A DNA stretch of 12,932 nucleotides from Anaerohalosphaeraceae bacterium (GTDB lineage: Bacteria > Planctomycetota > Phycisphaerae > Sedimentisphaerales > Anaerohalosphaeraceae): contig JBNRMN010000025.1 of assembly GCA_050309605.1 (NCBI GenBank), forward strand, positions 1-12,932, given 5' to 3'. Within the stretch, counting starts at the first letter, position 1; every line of letters begins with the position of its first letter. The position numbers and the translations under genes were made by a program. Shown here in pieces: positions 1 through 7,188 of this stretch. The notes below the pieces were generated by a model. That model saw only the letters and a list, made by a program, of their open reading frames with translations, did not search any database and was not told where the DNA came from.

Positions 1-21
1 TTGTTCCGTGCGTTGTTTCAT
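1..21 (-). CDS. Possible 5' end of a divergent gene (MKQRTEQ...), truncated by the window edge
   Basis: ATG at 21-19 on the minus strand, open to the edge, 8 nt downstream of a TTGCGC-16-TATTGT promoter-like motif. Only 7 codons are visible. Confidence 0.3.
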
Positions 22-156
22 TACACGAAACAATACTCAAAATACAGGATGGCGCAAGTCTAAAATATGAATTTTTCAAAGAATTTTTAAAATTTTTGCT
101 TCAAACGGCTAAAATCTTACAAATTTTATTATTTTTTGAAAAAGCTGATTAGACTA

Positions 157-185
157 TTGACACGAACCGATAATTAGTGTATGGT
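157..185 (+). promoter_or_regulatory. Sigma70-type promoter for the HTH-integrase operon
   Basis: TTGACA (157-162), 17-bp spacer, TATGGT (180-185), with AT-rich UP-like DNA upstream. Confidence 0.7.
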
Positions 186-192
186 GGACATT

Positions 193-423
193 ATGAGCAA
201 GGCAAAAATAAAAACCGATTGGGAAGAAACTTTCAGAGCCGCCATTGCTGAAACTGGCTTGCCGCTGATGGAGATCACGCGACAAAGCGGCGTTGACCAT
301 TCGCAGCTTTCCCGCTTCATGCGGGGCGAACGGGGCTTGAGCATTACGACCGCCGAGCGCGTCGCTGCTGTCGTCGGCATTGAATTGAAGCGGATCCGGC
401 GTAGAGCGAAAGGGGGCATATGA
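193..423 (+). CDS. XRE/Cro-family helix-turn-helix protein, 76 aa (alternative start 181)
   Basis: LMEITRQSGVDHSQLSRFMRGERGLSITTAERVA is a typical HTH_XRE pattern. ATG181 lies inside the predicted -10 box, so ATG193 is preferred. Its stop overlaps the integrase start (ATGA at 420-423). Confidence 0.85.
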   Translation: MSKAKIKTDWEETFRAAIAETGLPLMEITRQSGVDHSQLSRFMRGERGLSITTAERVAAVVGIELKRIRRRAKGGI

Positions 424-1940
424 TGAGAGTCTATCGACAGACCTACACACAGAGCGGCAAAACACGCAAGGCGCAGAAGTGGTATATCGATTTCACATTT
501 CGAGGGCAGCGATGCCGACTGGCTGGATTTGCCGATAAGCGATTAACCGAGCAAACTGCCCTGAAACTTGACGAGCTTTGCCATACCACCGAGGCCGCAC
601 TTATTCCGACGGCAGACCTTCAAAAATGGATTGACGGCCTTCCGAAGCGGATTATTACAAAACTGACAGAATGGGGCGTAGTGGCAGGACACAGCGCCGC
701 ACGAGGAACGCTGTTAAAAGATCATCTGGCCGACTTCCGCAAGCATATCGGCGACGATACCGAACACGCCGCCATCACCGGAGCGGCGCTGTCGAAAACG
801 ATTGATGAATGCGGTTTTCTCGTGTTGTCGGATGTTACCGGCAGCAAGCTGACGAGCTACTTGCAAGCACGTCTGAAAGCGGGCGATTTTTCGCAGCGGA
901 CGCACAATTTTTATCTGTCGGCGTTCAAGCACTTTTGCCGCTGGATGATGGCCGATGGACGCACAAGCCGAAACCCGATAGAACACCTTCGGGGGGTCGT
1001 TATTACCGAAACCCGCAAAAATCGCCGGGCGCTGACGCAGGACGAAATCGGCTATTTGCTGGACTGGCTGGAAAACACGGCGCCGATGCGATGCAACCTG
1101 ACCGGACCGGAACGGGCGATGATCTATCGGCTGGCACTGACGACCGGACTACGAGCAGGCGAAATAAAAGCCCTCACGCTCGATTGTATCGACTTTAAGG
1201 CCAAGACGCTTACGCTGGCAGGGTCGCACACAAAAAACAAACAGGCGGCGATTCTGCCGCTCAGGGATGATGTTACAGCCGCACTCCGCCGGCACACGGT
1301 CGGCAAGCTGGCAGGGGTAGCCATTTTCAGGATGCCGCACAAAACCGCTCGGATGATAAAACTTGACCTTGAGGGCGCACGATCGCACTGGATACAGCAG
1401 GCCGCAGGCAATCCGGCAGAGACGGCACGGCGGAAAAAAGACGACTTTCTCAAGCCGACGACAGCAGACGGGGACGCGGACTTTCACAGCTTGCGGCATA
1501 CATTCGGCTCGATGCTGGCCGCGTCCGGCATTCATCCCAAAACCGCCCAGTCCCTGATGAGGCACTCGACGATCAGCCTGACGATGGACAGATATACGCA
1601 CTCATACCGCGAGGCTGAAACGCAAGCCATCGCCGCACTGCCGGACTTTTCGAGACCGACGCAGGAAGGGGAAAAGGCGACGGGAACGGATGATATTTCG
1701 GTTGCCGATAGCGCGATCGGAAAAGAGCGGCGACAGGGGCAAAAAAACCTTATCCAAAACTTTGCCAAATTCCAGCGCCCAAGCGGGATTATTGCAGACT
1801 ATTCTGGACAGTTGGGGTTTTCAAGTGGAAACGAAAAAACCCTGTTTTCACGCGAAAAACAGGGCTTTTTGCCTAAAAATCAAAGGGTGGAAGAGGGGAC
1901 TCGAACCCCCGACCCCCAGAACCACAATCTGGTGCTCTAA
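420..1940 (+). CDS. Tyrosine recombinase / phage integrase with an unusual C-terminal extension
   Basis: Catalytic set present: TGLRAGE (R), HTKNK (K), HSLRH (HxxR), MRHS (H), DRYTH (Y). N-terminal arm-binding-like segment (KWYIDF) and a SAM-like middle region. Confidence 0.95.
   Translation: MMRVYRQTYTQSGKTRKAQKWYIDFTFRGQRCRLAGFADKRLTEQTALKLDELCHTTEAALIPTADLQKWIDGLPKRIITKLTEWGVVAGHSAARGTLLKDHLADFRKHIGDDTEHAAITGAALSKTIDECGFLVLSDVTGSKLTSYLQARLKAGDFSQRTHNFYLSAFKHFCRWMMADGRTSRNPIEHLRGVVITETRKNRRALTQDEIGYLLDWLENTAPMRCNLTGPERAMIYRLALTTGLRAGEIKALTLDCIDFKAKTLTLAGSHTKNKQAAILPLRDDVTAALRRHTVGKLAGVAIFRMPHKTARMIKLDLEGARSHWIQQAAGNPAETARRKKDDFLKPTTADGDADFHSLRHTFGSMLAASGIHPKTAQSLMRHSTISLTMDRYTHSYREAETQAIAALPDFSRPTQEGEKATGTDDISVADSAIGKERRQGQKNLIQNFAKFQRPSGIIADYSGQLGFSSGNEKTLFSREKQGFLPKNQRVEEGTRTPDPQNHNLVL
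1834..1870. terminator. Bidirectional intrinsic terminator-like hairpin inside the integrase ORF, about 20 bp past the tRNA 3' end
   Basis: A6 (1834-1839), stem CCCTGTTTT (1840-1848), 7-nt loop, stem AAAACAGGG (1856-1864), then CTTTTT (1865-1870). Confidence 0.7.
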
Positions 1941-1960
1941 CCGACTGAGCTACTTCCACC
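1886..1960 (-). tRNA. tRNA-His (GTG), with encoded G-1 and no encoded CCA
   Basis: The reverse complement folds as a cloverleaf: G(-1) GTGGAAG TA GCTC AGTCGGTTA GAGC A CCAGA TT GTG GT TCTGG GGGTC GGGGG TTCGAGT CCCCT CTTCCAC C. The G-1:C73 pair is diagnostic of tRNA-His. Confidence 0.98.
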
Positions 1961-1982
1961 GTGAGCCGAAGCCGAAATCACA

Positions 1983-2011
1983 AATATACCGAGCTGGCCG
2001 GAAGCTGTCAA
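1983..2011 (-). promoter_or_regulatory. Sigma70 promoter of tRNA-His
   Basis: Minus strand TTGACA (2011-2006), 17 bp, TATATT (1988-1983), 22 nt upstream of the tRNA. Confidence 0.8.
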
Positions 2012-2127
2012 GCGTATTGGGCTGATTTTTGGGGCAAGGGGTAAGCAGACGACCGCGTCTTATTTTTGGATGCCGTGGGGCGTGAAATTGGCAGTTTTAC
2101 ACCAACACAGCGAAAGCCGTCGGATAG

Positions 2128-2901
2128 CTAAAAATTGTACATTGCCCCAATCAGCAGGCTTAATTTGTGGTGTTGATCGACGATGGGGCTGTTGGTGATC
2201 TCCGATCGCAGCCATTCGACCGATACCAGGCTGAACATATTCCACCGTTCGGTCAGGGGGTAATCAACGCGCAGCGACGTGAGCAATCCGACCGTATCGC
2301 CGGCGTTGTACGCCGGTCGTCCGGCAACGGCCTCTTTGGGCCGCACGCCGTAGTAATAGTTGTTGAGCTGTCGGCTTCGCCAGTTGCCCCCGACGGTCGG
2401 CGTGACAGCCAGCTTATCGACCCCTAACACATCGGCAAACCGCCGCGATGCGGTCAGACGGATCTCGTGTCCTTTGTGCTCATTCAGGACATCAGAAGTC
2501 CAGTCAGCAGCCAGCCGTGCCCACCTAAACTCCCGCGCCAGCGAAAGTCCCGCCTCAAAGGTCATCCGCCGGTCGCTCATTCCCCGTAAATAGCGGTCTT
2601 CATTGTCATCATAGCCTTCATACCGCAGTTTTCCCAGTACCGAGACCATCAGGTCGTTGTCGTAATACAACACCCACCGCGCCTGGGGGCCAAACAGCAT
2701 AAAGCGGTCTTTTTGAAAATAGATCGCAGGGATCGGCAAAATTCTCGTATCGCCGCCTTTATGGGGTTTGTCAACCATCAGCAGTCCCGGCCCGGCTTGA
2801 AAAACCGACTCCGTCGGGGCGGCACCCCGACCTTCCTGAGCCGAACAAAAGGTCAGGATGAACAGACTGAAAGCCGTCAGGCCAATGAGGCGAAGATTCA
2901 T
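2128..2901 (-). CDS. mipA: MipA/OmpV family outer-membrane protein, 257 aa
   Basis: Signal peptide MNLRLIGLTAFSLFILTFCSA. Family-like motifs PHKGGD, LRGMSDR, NNYYYGV and EITNSPIVD. C-terminal YNF beta-signal. SD AGAGGA before ATG2901; the ORF-track start at 3039 is too long. Confidence 0.88.
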   Translation of the reverse strand: MNLRLIGLTAFSLFILTFCSAQEGRGAAPTESVFQAGPGLLMVDKPHKGGDTRILPIPAIYFQKDRFMLFGPQARWVLYYDNDLMVSVLGKLRYEGYDDNEDRYLRGMSDRRMTFEAGLSLAREFRWARLAADWTSDVLNEHKGHEIRLTASRRFADVLGVDKLAVTPTVGGNWRSRQLNNYYYGVRPKEAVAGRPAYNAGDTVGLLTSLRVDYPLTERWNMFSLVSVEWLRSEITNSPIVDQHHKLSLLIGAMYNF

Positions 2902-2928
2902 TTTAATTTTTCCTCTAAAAACAATCGT

Positions 2929-2975
2929 TTGACAAACATTGGCATACACCATATCGTATAAAGCGGAGTTTGCAA
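2929..2975. promoter_or_regulatory. Overlapping opposed promoters for azoR (+) and mipA (-)
   Basis: Plus strand: TTGACA (2929-2934), 17 bp, TATCGT (2952-2957). Minus strand: TTGCAA (2975-2970), 16 bp, TATGGT (2953-2948). Confidence 0.5.
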
Positions 2976-3059
2976 GTGGAATATAATCGTGTTTTGATGT
3001 TTGCGCATCAGGCGCAGGCCTCATTACAAAAAACTTCACTTAAGACGAGGGGACAAAAA

Positions 3060-3689
3060 ATGGCGACTTTGTTGTATATTCAGGCATCGCCCCGAGGCGA
3101 ACGTTCCAAATCCATTCAGGCCGCCGAGGCGTTCATCAGCGCCTACAGCCGGCGGCATCCGCAGGACCAGATTGAAAAAATCAATCTCTTTGAGGCCGAC
3201 TTGCCGCCTTTTGACGCCAGAGCCGCGGCGGCCAAATTCAAAGTACCGGCCAACCAGCCCGTTACACCGGAAGAACAGCGAATCTGGTCGCAGGTTGAGA
3301 CGGTCATTGAGCAATTCAAATCCGCCGACAAATATGTCCTGGCGACGCCGATGTGGAATTTTTCGATTCCGTACCGACTCAAGCAATATATTGACATCAT
3401 TGTCCAGCCGCGTTATACCTTTACCGTCGGCGATAAGGGGTATGAGGGGTTGGTCAAAGACAAGCCCCTGCTGGCGGTCTATGCCCGCGGGGGGGCGTAT
3501 CCAGCCGGCTCGCCGGGCGAGGCGTTCGATCTGCAAACCCGCTATGTGGAGCTGATCTTCGGTTTTATGGGGTTTACGCATATCCAAAAACTGATTGTCG
3601 AGCCGACACAGAATGAAGGCGAGCAAGCCGCTCAAAAGGCATTGCAGGACGCAATCGCCCAAATGGAAACCTTGGCCGAGAGCTTCTGA
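3060..3689 (+). CDS. azoR: FMN-dependent NADH-azoreductase (flavodoxin-2 fold), 209 aa
   Basis: ASPRGERSKS FMN loop, PMWNFSIPYRLKQYID and ARGG motifs. SD GAGGGG before ATG3060. Confidence 0.93.
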   Translation: MATLLYIQASPRGERSKSIQAAEAFISAYSRRHPQDQIEKINLFEADLPPFDARAAAAKFKVPANQPVTPEEQRIWSQVETVIEQFKSADKYVLATPMWNFSIPYRLKQYIDIIVQPRYTFTVGDKGYEGLVKDKPLLAVYARGGAYPAGSPGEAFDLQTRYVELIFGFMGFTHIQKLIVEPTQNEGEQAAQKALQDAIAQMETLAESF

Positions 3690-3756
3690 TAAACAACCGA
3701 CAAATCGGCTGTTTATCTGCTTGGAGCGCCCCTCATAACGGCTTGTTTTGAGGGGC
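3688..3756. terminator. Two tandem hairpins right after azoR (terminator or 3' stabiliser)
   Basis: GATAAACA-A-CCGA-caaa-TCGG-C-TGTTTATC (3688-3717) and GCCCCTCA...TGAGGGGC (3728-3756). There is no clear U-tract. Confidence 0.45.
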
Positions 3757-3903
3757 ACGATTCAGTAAATCGGGTTATTTTCATTTATTTGCACCGTTTC
3801 GGTTGCTGTACCGAATGGGCTGGATAGGTTGGTAATGCTTTTCTGGACACAATAAAGATATTATTAAGAGAATAAGATCAATTACGATTCAGGAGAGAAA
3901 AAA

Positions 3904-4947
3904 ATGAAAATAGCTCAGGTTTCTCCTTTATTTGAAAGTGTTCCGCCCAAATATTACGGCGGAACCGAGCGCGTGATTTCCTATCTGACAGAGGAACTGG
4001 TCAAGATGGGACACGATGTAACACTCTATGCCAGCGGCGATTCCGTAACCCAAGCCCGTCTCCGCTCGATGTGCCATCGGGCTTTACGGCTTGATAAACA
4101 CAGCGTCGATCCGACGGCCGATCACGTGTTTCTGGCCGAACAAGTCTTCAACGATTCGGGTAGTTTTGACGTGATTCACTCTCATATCGATTATATTCCC
4201 TATCCGTTATATCGACGGATGAGAACGCCGCATGTGACGACGTTGCATGGGCGATTGGATATTCCGAATTTGGTCAATTTGTATCGTGAGTTCAGCGATA
4301 TTCCGGTCGTTTCTATCTCTAATTATCAGCGGTTGCCCCTATCCTGGGCTAATTGGGTCGACACGGTGTATCACGGCTTGCCGGAGAATCTGTATCAGTA
4401 TCACGAAAAGTCCGGCGAATATCTGGCTTTTTTGGGCCGTATCAGCCCCGAAAAGCGTGCCGATTATGCCATTGAGATTGCACGACGGGCCGGACTGACT
4501 CTGAAAATCGCGGCCAAGGTGGACAAGGTCGATCGCGAGTATTTTGAGATGGTCATCAAGCCCATGCTGAATCATCCTGACATTGAGTATATCGGCGAAA
4601 TCGGCGAGGCGGAGAAAAAAGAGTTTCTCGGCAACGCAATGGCTCTGCTGTTTCCCATCGATTGGCCTGAACCGTTCGGGCTGGTGATGATTGAGGCGAT
4701 GGCCTGCGGAACACCGATTATTGCCCGGCTTCAGGGGGCGGTACCGGAAGTCATGGAGCAGGGGGTAACCGGTTTTATCGTCAGAGACATCGACGAAGCG
4801 GTCCAGGCTGTGAATGCCATTTCGACCTTGAACCGAAAACGCTGCCGTGAGGTTTTTGAAGAGCGGTTTACCGCCCGAAAGATGGCCGAAAGATACATCT
4901 CGGTGTACGAGCGACTTATTGAGCAGAAAAAGACGACCCATTCGTGA
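3904..4947 (+). CDS. GT4 family glycosyltransferase (GT-B fold)
   Basis: N-terminal VPPKYYGGTERV, FLGRISPEK and the EPFGLVMIEAMACGTP (E-x7-E) motif. SD AGGAG. Confidence 0.95.
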   Translation: MKIAQVSPLFESVPPKYYGGTERVISYLTEELVKMGHDVTLYASGDSVTQARLRSMCHRALRLDKHSVDPTADHVFLAEQVFNDSGSFDVIHSHIDYIPYPLYRRMRTPHVTTLHGRLDIPNLVNLYREFSDIPVVSISNYQRLPLSWANWVDTVYHGLPENLYQYHEKSGEYLAFLGRISPEKRADYAIEIARRAGLTLKIAAKVDKVDREYFEMVIKPMLNHPDIEYIGEIGEAEKKEFLGNAMALLFPIDWPEPFGLVMIEAMACGTPIIARLQGAVPEVMEQGVTGFIVRDIDEAVQAVNAISTLNRKRCREVFEERFTARKMAERYISVYERLIEQKKTTHS

Positions 4948-4977
4948 AAAACGATTGTGGGTGCAGCGGGACAAGCT

Positions 4978-7188
4978 ATGCAGGAATGGATTAAACACAA
5001 AGAGCGGTATTATATTCTGGCCGATACTTCACTGGCCGAACGGCATCGATATGTGCTCAAATTCGGCGAGGCGTTTGCTATTTTTGACAAGAACGGCAAC
5101 ATTCGTCGATTCGGTGTTGAGGACGAGGGACTGTATTATGAAGGCACGCGCTATGTGTCGCGTCTGATTGTCAAGACCGGCCGGAAGTTTCCCTTGTTGT
5201 TGAATGCCGCCGTGAAAGACGCCAATGACGAGTTGGCGGTGGATTTAACCAATCCTGATATTGAAACCGAAGACGGTTTTTTGATCAAACGCGGCACACT
5301 GCATTTCTTAAGATCCGTCTTCCTTTGGGAAGGTGCGTGCTATGAGCGCATCAGAGTCACCAACTTTGGACTTGAGCCGGTGGTTTTTACCTTCAGTTTT
5401 GAATTTGATGCCGATTTTGCGGATATCTTTGAAGTCCGCGGCATCAAACGCAGCCAAAGAGGGACAATTCATGCATCGGTTCTAAGTGCCGCTCAAGCGA
5501 CGCTGTCTTACACCGGTCTTGACGGGATCACGCGGTTCACGGATTTTATGTTTGATCCGGCGCCGACACAGCTGGAAGCCCATCAGGCGGTTTATCAAAT
5601 CAAGCTGGCGCCGCAGCAAAGCCGTGATTTTCATTTGACCATCGGCTGCCGCAGTCAAGCCGTCGCTAAAAGTCTGCCGGGCTGGTCGAATGCCCGGCAG
5701 ACAATGCAGGAGTCATACCGCCGGATCCAGGGCGATCGATGCCGAATCGAAACCTCCAATGAGCAGTTTAACGACTGGCTGAATGGCTCGTTCGCTGACT
5801 TGTTTATGCTGGTCACCGAGACCGAGTACGGGCTGTATCCGTATGCCGGCATCCCGTGGTTCAGTACGATTTTCGGACGCGACGGCCTGATTACCGCCAT
5901 GCAGACGCTGTGGCTGCATCCGGATTTAGCCCGAGGCGTTTTGGCGTTTTTGGCAGCTCATCAGGCCACCGAGGAAAATGACCGACAGGATGCCGAGCCG
6001 GGCAAAATCCTTCACGAACTGCGCCGCGGCGAGATGGCCAACCTCGGCGAGATTCCGTTCGGCCGGTATTACGGCAGCATTGACTCAACGCCGCTGTTTA
6101 TCATGCTGGCCGGGTGTTATTATCGCCGAACCGGCGATGCGGCTTTTATTCGACAACTCTGGCCTGCCCTCGAAGCGGCGATGGCCTGGATTCGCCGGTA
6201 CGGCGACGGCGATGGCGACGGTTTTGTGGAGTATCAGAAGAAATTGCACAGCGGGCTGGCCCAACAAGGCTGGAAGGATTCTGAGGATTCGGTCTTTCAC
6301 GAGGACGGGCAATTGGCACAGGCCCCGATTGCGCTGTGCGAAGTACAGGGTTATGTTTATCAGGCCCAAATCCAGATGGCAGCGCTGGCGGAGATGATGG
6401 GCAAAAAAGCGTTGGCCGACACGCTTCGCGCCGAGGCAGCCCAGTTGCGAGACCGATTTCATCGGCATTTCTGGCTGCCGGAAATGGATATCTATGCACT
6501 GGCTTTGGACCGTGATAAACAGCCGTGTCGAGTGCGGGCCTCCAATGCCGGACACTGTCTGTTTACCGGCATCGTGCCGGACGAATTGGCCCCGCGCATT
6601 GTCCGACAGATGACCGCGGAGGGGTTTTTTTCCGGCTGGGGCATTCGCACCGTTGCCGAGGGGCAGGCACGCTACAATCCAATGTCCTATCATAACGGCT
6701 GCATCTGGCCGCACGACAATGCGCTGATTGCCGCCGGCATGAGCAAATACGGACACAAAGACGCGGTACTGAAGGTCTTGACCGGCTTGTTTGATGCCAG
6801 TTTGTTTTTGGATTTTCGTTTGCCGGAGCTGTTCTGCGGATTTGTCCGACGCAAAGGCGAAGGACCGACGCTTTATCCGGTTGCCTGTATCCCTCAGGCA
6901 TGGGCAACCGGGGCGGTGTTTATGCTGGTGCAGGCATGTCTGGGGATTGATATTGATGCCGAGAAAAAGATTATCTATTTTGATAATCCGATACTGCCGC
7001 CTTTTTTGAAACAGCTGAAGATCATCAATCTGGCTGTCGGCAGCGCTTCAATCGATGCCGAACTATGTCGGCAGGACAGCGACGTAACGATCCATGTGCT
7101 CAGACGGCACGGCGATGTCACGGTGTGGATAAAAAAAAATAATGCCGCAGTCGCTGACTTGAAGTTCGGATCCTCCGGATCCGCTTAG
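4978..7188 (+). CDS. Amylo-alpha-1,6-glucosidase / glycogen-debranching-enzyme-like protein (alternative GTG start 4957)
   Basis: AGIPWFSTIFGRD, EPGKILHE, YYGSIDSTPLF, QGWKDS, YNPMSYHNGCIWPHDN and LPELFCG motifs, plus an N-terminal accessory domain. Confidence 0.93.
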   Translation: MQEWIKHKERYYILADTSLAERHRYVLKFGEAFAIFDKNGNIRRFGVEDEGLYYEGTRYVSRLIVKTGRKFPLLLNAAVKDANDELAVDLTNPDIETEDGFLIKRGTLHFLRSVFLWEGACYERIRVTNFGLEPVVFTFSFEFDADFADIFEVRGIKRSQRGTIHASVLSAAQATLSYTGLDGITRFTDFMFDPAPTQLEAHQAVYQIKLAPQQSRDFHLTIGCRSQAVAKSLPGWSNARQTMQESYRRIQGDRCRIETSNEQFNDWLNGSFADLFMLVTETEYGLYPYAGIPWFSTIFGRDGLITAMQTLWLHPDLARGVLAFLAAHQATEENDRQDAEPGKILHELRRGEMANLGEIPFGRYYGSIDSTPLFIMLAGCYYRRTGDAAFIRQLWPALEAAMAWIRRYGDGDGDGFVEYQKKLHSGLAQQGWKDSEDSVFHEDGQLAQAPIALCEVQGYVYQAQIQMAALAEMMGKKALADTLRAEAAQLRDRFHRHFWLPEMDIYALALDRDKQPCRVRASNAGHCLFTGIVPDELAPRIVRQMTAEGFFSGWGIRTVAEGQARYNPMSYHNGCIWPHDNALIAAGMSKYGHKDAVLKVLTGLFDASLFLDFRLPELFCGFVRRKGEGPTLYPVACIPQAWATGAVFMLVQACLGIDIDAEKKIIYFDNPILPPFLKQLKIINLAVGSASIDAELCRQDSDVTIHVLRRHGDVTVWIKKNNAAVADLKFGSSGSA

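Larger units (their letters stand above)
1..1885. mobile_element. Right end of an integrative element or prophage inserted at the tRNA-His 3' end; it continues beyond the left window edge
   Basis: HTH gene and tyrosine integrase directly abut the 3' end of a tRNA gene, with an AT-rich control region at 1-190. The second att copy is not in the window. Confidence 0.8.

Noticed and set aside
154..2245. Alternative-frame and antisense ORFs over the HTH, integrase and tRNA (e.g. 154-465, 809-1198, 1149-1601, 1690-2025, 2060-2245)
   Set aside because: They shadow well-supported genes and show no recognisable motifs or ribosome-binding sites.
2902..3059. Extended N-termini of mipA (start 3039) and azoR (start 2970) in the ORF track
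   Set aside because: They would overlap each other and the promoters. SD-led starts at 2901 and 3060 match the expected protein N-termini.
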